A DNA stretch of 64,000 nt, taken from contig CM041465.1 in the NCBI GenBank assembly GCA_023213395.1, positions 69,385,741-69,449,740 of the forward strand. The letters run 5' to 3'. Numbering within the stretch: position 1 is the stretch's first letter; every line of letters starts with the position of its first letter. The position numbers and the translations under genes are program-made. Shown here piece by piece: positions 52,238 through 64,000 of this stretch. The notes beneath the pieces were generated by a model, which was given only the letters and a program-made list of their open reading frames with translations, made no database searches and was not told the origin of the DNA. Origin of the DNA: Cycas panzhihuaensis. Its lineage: Eukaryota; Plantae; Cycadophyta.

Positions 52238-54899
52238 ATCCATACAATTGTACTTTTATGTACAGATCTGTACAACCGTATGACTGTATGGCCAAAACTT
52301 AGACAGAACAATCTCCTTTCTTTCTATACTTACAAATATCAGTTCTCTTTAAAAAATGGCCTCCTCATTCTATCTTTGTAAAAAAAACAAATTAAATGAA
52401 CAAAACTATAACATTTGGAACATAAAAATATAGAATTTATTAATGACTAAGAATACTTGGGAGATAGTGATAGGGTAGGAAACTAAGCTAACTGATGTTG
52501 CACTCATAGGTGGTTGGAAAGAAATAGGTAGACTAGCCTTATCTGTAATTTTGTTGTCTGTAGGTGATACTATAATAAGCCATGTTAATTATGTCACATC
52601 CCCATCTCAAGCCTAGAATGTTTTAGCTTCATTATACAACGGGAAAAATGAAATACAAATTATCTCACTAAAAGAGCAGTTATATTAAATTTATGTCAAG
52701 GAATGAGAGATAGTAACTGATTTCACAACCAAAATTGCTGAAATAATAAATAACTTAGCAGTTGCAGGACAAACCCTAACACACGCTGAACTTGTACGAC
52801 TAATTATTAATAAATTACCAAAACTGTTTAATACTATGGTAAATACTCTTACCATAGGAGGCCATATTACAAACATATCTTTTGATATATTAATAGGTCA
52901 TATGCTTCAATAATATCAAAGAAACAAACAATATGAGGAAGGCACAGACTTTGAGGAACTCTGTGGGCAAAGGGAGACTAAGGAACATATGGAGAGGATG
53001 TGGCAAAAATACCAGAGGATGGGTTAGATCTCTAATCACATCGACTTTTTCACCAGAAGGAAGTGGAAGAGATTCTTGGGGAGCAAATGAAAGACAAGAG
53101 AAACCAAAAATGTTTTCATTGTCGAAGATATGGTCAACTGTCTAATGAATATAAATTACAAAACCCACAAAATTGTTTCTATTACGGAAAAACAAGACAT
53201 TAAAATTAGTGTCTATATAAGCAAGACACTATAATTTTGCAGGTTACTTTCAGATCTAAAATTTTTTTAGACCTCCATCAAGGGTGCAACACATTGTTTT
53301 TTCAAAAAACAGTGCCCTTTTCTTTAATTTTTCTTCAAAAAAAATATTTTTTTGTAAAAGAAGAGGCAGATCCAAGATATTAAATTATTTTGTGACTGCA
53401 AATCAGCTTAGTAATTATTTTCTGAGGTTTATAACTAATCTGCAACCTGTTTGCATCAGTTGTTCCTCAAATCTGGGCAAGTTTACTCACGGTTTTTGTG
53501 ATTTTCTCATTAAAATTTACATTTCTTAGCTCATTTTTCTCATAGAATAGGGTGTTGAACTGTTTTGCAGTTGTTTCAGTCTCTTAGACAAAAAAGACTT
53601 GAAGTCTGAGGCTCTTTGCAAGTTGTGGACCCAACTTAGGCTATTTTCAACCCACAAACCCCAATGGAAAACTGAGATTCACTATTGCAGGTACATTGCA
53701 AGAGTGTTGCTCCTCATAAGTAGTTCTCTGCACTTGTGTGATCCCACAAATCCGTTTCAGTGAAGAAACGATAATCTTTGAGGCCATACAACCAGTTTCT
53801 ACTCCTACGATCATGCACCCACCATTTTTTTCCTTTGTTTCGTACTCTTTATACAATTAACAAAATGAGTTGAAAATTTCCACACGCCTTTGTCCGACAA
53901 GTGCGGCCCTGCTTCGAAAATCTCAGATCAATTGGTGGAGTATTCACGAAAATTGAACCACCTGTTCATTTTTTCGATCGCACAGCCTCCAATCATTCAT
54001 TTGCTTTATACTTACACTGCCTACTTCAAAACTGCATACATTGACTATGCAAAATCGTCACAAGAATGTGCAAATTCTAGATCTAAAGTCAGAAATTTGA
54101 TCTGGCAATCCAGTCGATCAGTATTTTGATCTAAGCGTCCTTTTTTTTTCTTGGTCGTGTAGGTTAACGCGATTTCAGATTTTTTTAAAAATTCGATTTT
54201 TAAACATTACACTTTTAACTTTATGTTATATAATTTAAAATATTCCTTAGAGTATTCTATTTTTAATCATCTTTTTAGCATAATGTTTCATTTTAAGTTA
54301 TTTAATTAATATATTATCAATTAAAGCTTATTTAATCACTTTTAATGATTTATTTTAGCATTTTTCACTATATCGAGTATATTTAATACAAAAATTTTAT
54401 ATTTGTGTTATTTAACTCAAATTAAGTGCTCTTAAGCCACTGTTATCATTACAAAGGCGAAAATTCCCTGTGAGGTGTCCTTCATGCCCTAATTCATAAA
54501 TAAGGTCAAATTCACAATTTTTACTTTTTGAAGTCACTTAACATAAAAAATCTTTTTAGTGACTTATTAACTTTTTCAAGTCACTTTGATCATTGTAAAA
54601 GAAAAAATCACTTAAGTGATTTCATTGGGCTCCCTGCGTGGTGGCCTAGAGTCCTTGTCCAAAAAGGGACTCAAAAATCAATTTTTAATAAAAAGATCTC
54701 TCTCTTTCGTGGTTGGTTGGAACTAATTTAATTCCTAACAATTGGTGCATGGTGTCTACATATTGCAAGTGACTTATTTCTTCTTCAAGTTGAGCATTCT
54801 TCACTAAGTGGAACCCACTTGGACCTTCATCACAAAGGAATTTATCTTTATTTCTTAGGTACTTAGCACTTTTTTGATCTTTTAAAGTGCTCATTTTGT

Positions 54900-57038
54900 C
54901 TCAAAACATTTAATGTGTTATCATTGATGTACTCGAGTCTTTAGCCATAAGTGCATAATTGGCTTGTAAAAATGAAAATTGGAAAGCTGCTATGGATAAA
55001 GAAATCTATTCTATTGAAAAGAATGGAACATGGGATTTAGTAGAATTGCTTAAGCACAAACAGGTAATCAACTGCAAATGGGTTTACAAGACAAATTTAT
55101 ATTATGATGGTATACTTAAGTGCCAAAAGGCCAAACTTATTGCAAGGGGCTTCAAATAAAAGGAAGGCATTGATTATGATGAGACTTTTGTACCTATTGC
55201 AAATATAAACACCATCAGACTCATCTTGGCCTTAGCTGCTCAATGCAAATGGCTAGTTTATCAGATGGACGTGAAAAACGCCTTCCTCAATGATGATCTT
55301 CAAGAAAAGGCATATTTGGAGCAACCTCTTGGTTATAAAGTACAAGGCAAGAAGCATATGGTTTGTTGCCTGAAAAAAGCTTTGTATGGCTTGAAATAAG
55401 CCCCACGAGCATGGTACTTAAAAATCAATAATTATTTTTTGAGACATGGTTTTCATTGATCCACATCAGATCCTCACTTGTACATCAAAGTTGGGAAAGA
55501 TCATACTATTTTTATTGTCTTGTACGTAGATGACTTAGTGATCACTAGTAACGACACTAAGATGATACAGATTTTCTAAGGTGATTTGAAGAGAAGCTTC
55601 AAGATGACAAATCTTCGACTTCTGCATTATTTTCTAGGCTTTGAGGTATGGCAACAGCCAGGTTATATCTTCATCTCCCAAGCTAAATATTCTTGAGACA
55701 TCTTGCAGTGCTTCAAGATGCATGATTGCAAACCAACACCAACGCCTATGGAGAATGGAACAAAGCTTACTCTCAATGAGGAAGTTGAACTTACACATCC
55801 CACTCTTTATCGACAACTGATTGGTAGCCTCATCTACCTCACCAACACTTGGTTGGACATTTCATTTGCAGTTGGGATTTATTCTAGGTACATGTCTCAA
55901 CTCAATCAGAAGCAATGAAATGCAACAAAACACATACTGAAATACATTAAAGGCATATTGCAACATGACCTTCAGTATGTACATAATGAGAACTTCATTT
56001 TGGAAGGGTTCTCAAACTCTGATTGGGCAGGTTGTCAGGATAGCAAGACATCAATCTCGGGATATTGTTTTACCCTTGGTTCTGGAGTTGTTTTGTGGAG
56101 TTGCAAGAAGCAACCCAATGTTACCTTGTCCTCCACTAAAGCAAAGTACAAAGCTATAGTCAGCACAGCTTGTGAGGCTATTTGGCTTCGTCGGATTCTT
56201 GGAGAGCTTGGACTTGATTAGGATCATCCCACCAAGATAAATTGCGACAATCAGAGTATGCTCAAGTTGGCCAAAAATACAGTTTTTCATGTGCAGACCA
56301 AACACATCGAGATTCATCATCACTTTATTAGAGAGCATGTGTAGAACGGTGAAATCAACCTCCAGTATAGATCTACAGAGCAGCAAACAACAGATATCTT
56401 TACCAAGCTTCTTGGTAGAGAAAAATTTGTAAAATTTAGAGAAGGTCTACGGGTCCGACTTAACATTATAAACAATAAGGGGAGGTGTTAAACCTTATGT
56501 TTACATGTTAAGTATATGTACTTTATTTTCATGTATTATTTGTACTTTTATACTTCATGGGATGACTTATCACTTAAGTGATAAAGTGCTCACCCACATT
56601 CTTTCTTAGTGATACAACATTGTCACTTAAGGGTCAAATGCACCCTCATGCACTTTTGCTCACTTGAGAGCCCAAAAGGACACATGTCTTACATGCAAGG
56701 CATGTAGTTTAGATGTTTGACACTTGTCAAACATCCAATGTCTTAGGTCTCTTTAGTTACTCTATATATTGAGACCATTTCTCATGTTTCTCATATAGAG
56801 TTTGAGCTGTATTGTTATGCTGCCAGTTTGCTGATCAAACTGATATTCATTTGGAAATTGAACCAATTCCATCTCCTCTTCATTTTGGTATCATCATGCT
56901 CATGCTCTTTCATGTTTCATGCTTTTATCTTATTTACTTGATTAAGCTTTCATTGTCAAGTGTAGATCTCTTTAATTCTAGAACTAGAGAGGAACTATCT
57001 TCTAGATCTTGGGTATTGTAGGCTTAATACCATTATCA
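54900..57038 (+). mobile_element. Element K: 5'-truncated Copia (RT-RH plus 3' LTR) related to I
   Basis: WKAAMDKEIYSIEKNGTWDL, YVDDL ~55523, SDWAG, HHHFIREH. PPT aaggggagg 56477-56485. LTR starts tgttaaacc at 56486 and ends at ~57038 (end uncertain). No matching 5' LTR in the window. Confidence 0.8.
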
Positions 57039-58058
57039 ACAAAATCATCAACTAATTGGGTATAGTGACTTAGAATGGGCAGGAGACAAGCAAGAAAGGA
57101 AATCTACCACAGCCTATTGATTCTTACTTGGATCTAGAATTATCTCCTAGAGCAGCAAGAAACAGCCTATAATAGCAATATCATCCACAGAAGCATAATA
57201 CAAAGCAATTGTAAGTGCTACCTGCGAAGGTATAGGGATCAGACAACTACTCAAGGACATAAAGCACAAACAAAAACAACCTACAACTATTTTTTGTAAT
57301 AACCAACGTTTTATCAAATTAACAAAAAATTCAGTATTTCATGCAAGAACTAAACACATTGAAGTGCACCATCACTTTATCAGAGAAAAAGTTCAAAGCA
57401 AAGAAATAAACTTATTGTACTGCAGTAGTGGACAACGACTTGCAAATATTTTCACTAAAGCTCTTCCAAAGGATAAATTTCAATATCTTAGACAACTACT
57501 TGAAGTTGAAAACAAAAAATAAAGTATTAAGAGAGGGTATTAGAGAAATAATAATGTTCTATCTTTTGTAGTTCATAAGGTAAAGTTGAGGGTAGTTCTT
57601 AAGGTAAAGGTGAGGGTTATGTGTTCAACCCCTCTTTCATGTGCCTGCGACACTTGGCCAACATGCATTGGGCCTTCTATGTACATACGATTTATTTATA
57701 TGAGAGATTTCCTCTCCTCATTAATGAATTGAATCATTGTCCTTTTGAATCATTGATTGCTTTGACAGAAGTGTTTATATGCAAATTAGTTTTGTAATTT
57801 TTAATCAGATAAAGATGAAGACAATTAGATTTTAGAAACAAATTTTCAAAGTGTGATTGTGACTCTCTCTCTCAATTATGATCCCAGTTGCATGCCTCAT
57901 CAGGGAGAAGATTCAGAACAATGAAATAGAGTTGGGCTACCATCCTGGTGAAGAACAACATGCAGAGATCTTTATCAGACCTCTTGGCGAAGATAGGTTC
58001 CAATTCTTCAGAGAACAAATTGGGGCAAGAGTTAAATAGAGGAAACATTATGAGGGGG

Positions 58059-58320
58059 TGTTAAAATAATGATTTATTCTAGTTTATGGACTGTCTTCTA
58101 TTTCTGTACTGTAGTCATCATTCTATCTTGTACATTAGTCATTCTTTAGTTCACAATTGTGACCTTAAGCTAGCATTCTTAGGAAGTCTTGCAGGATGGA
58201 CAAATGTCACTCATGCATGCTAGAATTTGATGTATATATGTAAGCCATACTGGGTGTAATACACCATTGAGGATTTTGTTTCCTTCACTGTAAATTTGTG
58301 TGAGCTTATGAAATTTTACA
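58059..58320 (+). repeat. 3' LTR of A
   Basis: Aligns with 9670-9931 and is preceded by an RH end and a PPT. Confidence 0.9.
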
Positions 58321-59313
58321 GCTTTGATGTCCAACACACAAGCTCCACTGATCAATTGTCAGCCTGAATAGTGCGCATATACTGATACACATAGAATGAC
58401 ACACTTTTGGGCCAGGTATGCAAGCATGTTAGTGAAGTTGGACAAGTACAATGTAGGAGGTGTAGGGGTCAAATTTGGTAGATTGAATGCAACTGTGCTA
58501 GGATTTTTGAATTTATAGACATTGACTTGTGCATCCATGAATGTACATACTTGATTTCAAGTATGATGCTGGTATTTATAGAGATCAATGCATTGATTGG
58601 AGACAATTCTAAAAGGAAGTAATGGAATAGTCATGCACTTGCCCATCTACCTTGATCAAAAGAAGCAGTGGCAACAATATCGAAAGATAAGCAGAAAGCT
58701 ATTTGGTTTCATTGGTATAGAATTAATATTATCGAACAAAGAATCATGACATACTTTCAAAATTTCAACTAATTTCTATGACAATTACTCAAGTACCATA
58801 AAATTCTGTTTGCTGAGCCCAGTTTGTTGGAGTTACAAGTCAATTTTATTTGGCATTACACTATTTTATAAGTAGCAAGAAATGTTAGACATAGTTTCAT
58901 ATCTAAAGTACATTGCATGCTATAAAAATATCAGTTAATAAGCATAACATCTAAGCTTATCACGGTTTATGTTATGCAATAAATGAGAAAGACTAAAATT
59001 CAAATGCTATTACTATCAGACAAATAAATTATCAAGTGTATCAGATAAATAAATTGGTAAAATGTATCAACATTTAAAAGTTCCTTGAAGGGCAATCCTG
59101 AATTTTTGCAGACCTATTATTTCTGCAAGCAAAAATGAAACGAACCCAATCCATTTAATTATAGCTCAGCTAATTGCCAACCAAAATTACAACTGTTGCA
59201 CAACCTTAAACTTGAAAACAAAAGAAGACCTTTCTACCCAGCAAGTTTTCCAGCTACCCAATCAAAGAATTTCTAGCAGGTCCAGTAAGTATCCTAATAG
59301 AATTATGATTTAG

Positions 59314-59403
59314 TCAAAGCCCTTTGCAACGGAAAATGCATAGATGGCTTCCGAACTCTGAGATAATATCCACCAAACCTCCATAGCCCCCAACTATAGT
59401 GGC
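59314..59403 (-). CDS. Terminal coding exon of an unidentified host gene (ATIVGGYGGLVDIISEFGSHLCIFRCKGL*)
   Basis: Acceptor tgcag|, phase 0, ends in TGA, followed by U/G-rich UTR-like sequence. Confidence 0.72.
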   Translation of the reverse strand, partial: ATIVGGYGGLVDIISEFGSHLCIFRCKGL

Positions 59404-59538
59404 CTGCATTGATACAGCAAGGTTTAATGTCTTAACCTCAGAGGATTTTGACTTGAATGTAAGCAATTTGCATACGTCATTTAAAATCCTGTTGTACTAA
59501 ACTAGAAAGGCTATGATAAATGCCCTTAAAAGATTTAC

Positions 59539-59598
59539 CTTGCCTACACTCCATAATGTACTAATAATTGGATAGTACAGACTGACATTGAAGTGCAA
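59539..59598 (-). CDS. Penultimate exon (LHFNVSLYYPIISTLWSVGK)
   Basis: ttatag| acceptor, AAG|gtaaat donor, exactly 60 nt, phase 0/0, 135-nt downstream intron. Confidence 0.72.
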
Positions 59599-59860
59599 CT
59601 ATAACCAATAGAGATCTACATATATGGTTATGCATACAAATTGAAATTCCAGATGCAATCAATCCTTTTCACAAAACAACAAACGGAATTTGATTAACAG
59701 ATTTGAATACAATAAATATACTAAATCTGAATACAATAAATATACTATGTGCCAAAATGTTCCACATGGACAACTTAAGATCACAGTCAAGAAATGGTTG
59801 CCTTCAAATTGAGAAAGCCCTGTAACAAAGGTAAAAATGTTTTTCATATTGCATACCAAC

Positions 59861-59955
59861 CCTAGGAACCAAAAGGGTATGTGGCAGGTCATAGCCAATA
59901 TCTTTAGCACAAAATTTATTCGACTCCCGGTAGGTTTTAACCTTGTTAGCCACAT
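59861..59955 (-). CDS. Internal exon ((D)VANKVKTYRESNKFCAKDIGYDLPHTLLVPR)
   Basis: U-rich acceptor tgttttgtttttgctag|, donor AGG|gttggt, phase 1/0, in frame with the two downstream exons. Confidence 0.72.
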
Positions 59956-60136
59956 CTAGCAAAAACAAAACACAAACCACTTGTCTGTGCCTATTCAGTG
60001 CTGGATGAGAAACACACCCCAATAAAATTATTTGCCTTAGATATATTTGTATAACCTGTTTGGGTTTAATTTCCCTTATGCTCTCAACTGTTGATGTAAT
60101 TGATATTTTTCTCATATTTTTGAACATGTTTGTCAC

Positions 60137-60156
60137 CAGAAGTTTGCAGTTCAGTG
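60137..60156 (-). CDS. Possible 20-nt micro-exon (TELQTS)
   Basis: ctaaccttgtcag| acceptor, |gtgaca donor, phase-1 end fits the next exon. Tentative. Confidence 0.3.
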
Positions 60157-62543
60157 CTGACAAGGTTAGATATTGGAAGTACTAAGCCATGCAACTAGAC
60201 AAGTATCATTGTTATCTCTTATTTGATTTACATATATTTGTATAACCTGATTGAATTTAATTTTCCTTCTACAAATAGGGTTCTAGTTCCTTTTTTAAAT
60301 CATGCCAGCTACTCCAACTGTTTACTTTGTGATTTTGTTCTACCTCATTCAAAATTGATTAGATAGCAATCTGTGTGTGTTTGGAGTATCATAAGGTATT
60401 GGCCTTCTGCTATTGAGCAACGTCTGAACCTCACAAAATGCATACCTCCTCCTTGTTTCCAAACTCACAAATCCCAATTCTCCATATGCTTGGTCATTTC
60501 ATATGCGATGCCCAAGATTTAGCTGTTCAAAATGCATGCTAGGGGATTTCAGCAATGGCAGGAGAAATTTTGTCCTCCAACCTTCAAAATCTCCATGCAC
60601 TAGTTAATAATAAGCAGCCATAAATATATGCGTTAGACACAATAATCTGCAGATTTCATTACTTGAAAACAAAAATATAACAGTTTAGAATGGGTAGCAG
60701 CCTTTGGGCCAAGCACTGGGGTCACCCTCTTGCACAAACTCCAGCTCTTGTACTCATAGAAGTCTAACATTGTTACGAGCCAAAAAATGACCAATTTAGA
60801 CTTAAACAGGGAGAGAAACGGATGAAAATAGCATTACTAAGTTCTGGGACATGAATTATGTCCAAAGTCAAAATTTGTGAAAAACAAAGCAAAAGCCTAA
60901 AAGGCAGTGCTAAGTACTTAGTGAGCAAATTAATAACGTATAAATTGATTAAAGAGAAAGCACAAGACAAGAGGAGAGCCCCACAATAATGCATAAATAT
61001 CTAAATGACCATACAAATATGGAAAGTGATGACCGTAAAGATAAAGGCATTAGAAGTCCATTAATTAAAGAGCACAACAATGTTTCAAAGGGGTATCACA
61101 GCATATAATAAATGTCACACTAATGGGGTTAAAATACATTTGTTAGGGTTGATCATGCATCTGTATGATCAACTTGATCTCCTTGGAGCTGCAAAACTGT
61201 AAAAAGGGATAGGGATTTTTGACTCTGATTTGCCAACAGTGTTTATTTTGGTGGGGTCTATGTATTCAAAGTTTTTTCACCACCCTAGGGTTTTGCCCAC
61301 CATTTTCATAGTAGAGGTTACCATAGGAGTAGCAGATCAAACAGACTGTACAACAGACCATATAGGCCATACAACAACACCATTCTCAGCCATGTGGTAG
61401 GTCGTACAGTAGGTCCATTCTACTCATGGTTTCTGTAGGTGTTGAACATTAATTTCTCCATTAAGTGGTGCATGTCTAACACTAAACTCTTCCATTTGTT
61501 CATGTAATTTTTTTCCATTTCTGTCATGATTAGGTATTCATTTCAAGTCTGTAATTTAGGGACAAGAAGTTGGTTTTTATGGTTAAGTGGCCTAGAAAAC
61601 TAGAGTTTACAATCCTGCTAGATTATTATGCATATATGGGTGTTTATTTGGGTTACAAAGCATGTTAGTGAGTTGTCTTAGTGCTTGCAAATAAAGGCAA
61701 GAAGCATTTGATGTAGAATTGATCTATGTTTAATGTGGGCAGTGATGGTTTTCCACTACAGTACCTTTGTAGAATCGGTTTTCTGATGTTTTTCATGATG
61801 ATTTGTTTAAAGGATTACCAATTCATAGAGACAAAGACCACAGGATTGGGCGGTAGACCTAAAGATTGTTGTATAGGTTGAACCATAAAGAAATGAAACG
61901 GTATTAACGTCTACATAGCCTATAAGGTTAATGGGATTGTAGGAATAAATACAATATATTAGATGCAAGGAAGGCAATTAGTGACTTCAAAAAGTATCTC
62001 TATCTAAACCTAGCCAAACAAGCTAGGAAATAAAGTTAAACCTCAAAACATGTGAAATAGAACATGTAGATGTACAACATTAGGCAAACATTTAGTACAT
62101 TAGGTCACTTGTCTACAGCTGGAAAATTGTGATAAATTGAAAGATTCAACCAAGTTCCATGAAGTCTCCAATGGCTGTGTGAAAGGAACAATCAATATCA
62201 TTAGACTCCATGGAGAAGACAAATGTTGTAGAAGTTGTAATACTCTACTCAAGGCTGGATGAGAAGAAATGTGTGATAAGCAGAATTCTACCCAAAGTTT
62301 GTGGGTGTGCTGTCCACTACTATGGGTGAGCTAGTTTCTGCCTACTAGATGACATATGGGAAGATCTGTCTTTGTGTTGGCCGTTGAACAAGGTTTGAAT
62401 CAAGCAGTCTCTTATTGCTTAGGAGGTTCTGTAGGCTATAAAAAAGAAGTAATGGTCTGGTTAGACTCTATTTTGTGGTTTATTGTGCATAATATATGTT
62501 TGTGGTGGGAGGCAACCTCCCAAATACATAGACTAACGCATCT

Positions 62544-62900
62544 CTAATCGTAATATTTGAGTAAAACTGATAGTGATTGTCTTGAGTCTCTGAAAAGGCA
62601 CCAAAACACCCTTCTTATTTCATTGAACATTGGGCAGAGAAAAATAAAAAGATCTTTTGTTTCAAGTTTAGGATGACATAGGGGGCAAATCCCTTTTAAC
62701 CTCTGGGTATGAGGGTTGGTCTCAACCTCGAGTGATGGGAGCAAACCGGATTTGACCTAATGGAATCCAAAGACCATGTGACTAGCGATGCCTAAAATAA
62801 TCTGGTAGGATAATGTCACTGTCTATGATCTAATGGAAGATCTTAGCATAAGGTGACAGCTTGGGACTCAAAGGTTTCCTAGGTAAGAGAAAAAAGAGCG
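62544..62900 (-). mobile_element. LINE 3' fragment (C-terminal cysteine-rich region)
   Basis: ICPLCH..LETKDLFIFLCPMFNEIRR resembles the LINE ORF2 C-terminal CCHC region. Confidence 0.6.
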
Positions 62901-63039
62901 TTCATTCAATCCTATAAATCTTGCTTTAGTGCATTAAGTTTACAGGTCCAAAAGACAGATCATATAATACAAATATGCATTGACTATAGATCCCAAAGCA
63001 AAGTGGCAATAGCAAATAATTGTCTGCTACATAAAATAG

Positions 63040-63900
63040 ATGGCCTATTAGGCTGAATGAGAGGGGCAACTATATTCCCTAAAATTGATATTAGGAGTTA
63101 GTACCATCAAATTAGAATCCATCAACTAGATGGAGACAACAACTTTTACAACTAGGGATAGGCAATACGAGTTCATGGCAATAATTTTTGGTCTTCCAAA
63201 TGCCTTGATGTCCCTTATGTGACTTATGAACAACATTTTCCAACCATACTTAGGATATTTTGTTGTATATTTTGGCGTTATCATGATATTCAGTAAGAAT
63301 GAGAAAGAATGTCTTAAACATTTAAGAAAGGTCTTAGAAATCTTAAGAAATGGGAAACTTTTAGCTAAATTGTCCAATTATAACTTTTAAAAGGAGATAG
63401 AATAGCTATGACATTGTCTCAAAGGAGGGAATTGCAGTAGCAAAATGCTCATGATGTGAAGAGCTGCTTGAGCCTAGTTAGTCTATATAGGAGACTTGTT
63501 CCTAACATTTCCAAGATAGCAACCCCCCTCACTAAATGGTTAAGGTGGGCTAAGCATTTCAACTAGACAGATAAACATCAAAGTTTGACCCCAATACTTG
63601 CATTGCCAAATACTACAATACCGTTCCAATTATTTACTAATACTAGTGAAGTGGCAATACATGCAATCCTCATGTAGGACAAGAAGATAAAAGCTTATGA
63701 AGCCAAAAAGCTAAATGAAGAATTAAGAAAATCTATCCTATTGTTTATCGAGATCCCCTTGTCGTAGTGTATGGCACTAAAATATGGAAGAAATACCTCA
63801 AATACTATGAATTTGAGGTAGTTACTATAGGGGGTAGAAAATATGCCCCAATTTTGCATGATAACCACTTGGTTTTGATGGAATAAAATCATAGAAAGCA
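63040..63900 (+). mobile_element. Decayed Ty3/Gypsy RT-RNase H fragment
   Basis: GATIFPKIDIRS*YHQIRI, QYEFMAIIFGLPNA, LMNNIFQPYLG, KHLRKVLEILR, PILALP..FQLFT. Confidence 0.8.
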
Positions 63901-64000
63901 AATATTAGTCAAATTTTGAATGTTAATAGGGTATATTGATGGATATATGGAAGTTGGCTTTCAACACATAAAGCATTATAGTAACAAAAGCAACATTCAA

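Larger units (their letters stand above)
51422..57767 (+). mobile_element. Element H: Copia of the C/F lineage inserted in D's 3' LTR; PR-INT-RT deleted
   Basis: 230-bp LTRs 51422-51651 and 57538-57767, PBS tggtatcagagc 51652-51663, PPT aagagaggg 57529-57537. gag 52357-53200 (CFHCRRYG), RH 57040-57520 ([27 protein letters not shown]). TSD lost. Confidence 0.88.
31191..57896 (+). mobile_element. Element D: Ty1/Copia inserted in A's RNase H, itself hosting E, F, G, H and K
   Basis: 5' LTR 31191-31496 with PBS tggtattagagc. The 3' LTR is split: 51267-51421 plus 57768-57896. gag 33086-33508 and 43080-, WDIDSGA ~43543, INT split at ID|NGGE by G, RT to ~51220 with distal RT/RH deleted. A's VHH|(F)IREK is rejoined across it. 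Confidence 0.85.
9670..58320 (+). mobile_element. Element A: old Ty1/Copia LTR retrotransposon hosting the whole nest
   Basis: LTRs 9670-9931 and 58059-58320, both 262 bp, ~83% by eye. PBS tggtattagagc 9932-9943, PPT gaggggg before 58059, degenerate TSD acttc/gcttt. Coding pieces read through the insertion junctions: gag 17275-18100, INT 18140-18413 and 28406-, RT ~28950-29950, RH ~29990-30114, 30997-31190 and 57897-58040. Confidence 0.88.

Noticed and set aside
60370-60603. Further host exon ending at gag|gtatgc (60446)
   Set aside because: The phase-compatible frame has a stop and a poor acceptor. Another frame (YGELGFVSLETRRR) weakly resembles a LINE, too weak to call.
61141-61481. Solo LTR tgttag...ctaaca
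   Set aside because: No TSD (cattt vs ctaaa) and no partner in the window.

Overview
AT-rich plant nuclear DNA, gymnosperm-like by inference from old nested LTR elements and a CW-finger-type MORC fragment. About 85% is LTR retrotransposon. One old Ty1/Copia element (A, 9670-58320, 262-bp LTRs) has grown to 48.6 kb through nested insertions resolved by LTR pairs, PBS/PPT and TSDs: A>I, A>B>C, A>solo LTR, A>D>E>F, A>D>G and A>D>H>K (four levels deep). Left of A lie a non-autonomous Copia, a decayed Gypsy and a tRNA-derived SINE. Right of A lie the last exons of an unidentified minus-strand host gene, a LINE fragment and a Gypsy RT fragment. The most notable feature is element B (18414-28400), a gag-only (TR-GAG-like) LTR element. 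It carries, antisense, an uninterrupted ~770-bp fragment of a host MORC chromatin-silencing gene (S5-fold region plus the start of the CW zinc finger). All identities are estimated by eye; no searches were run.
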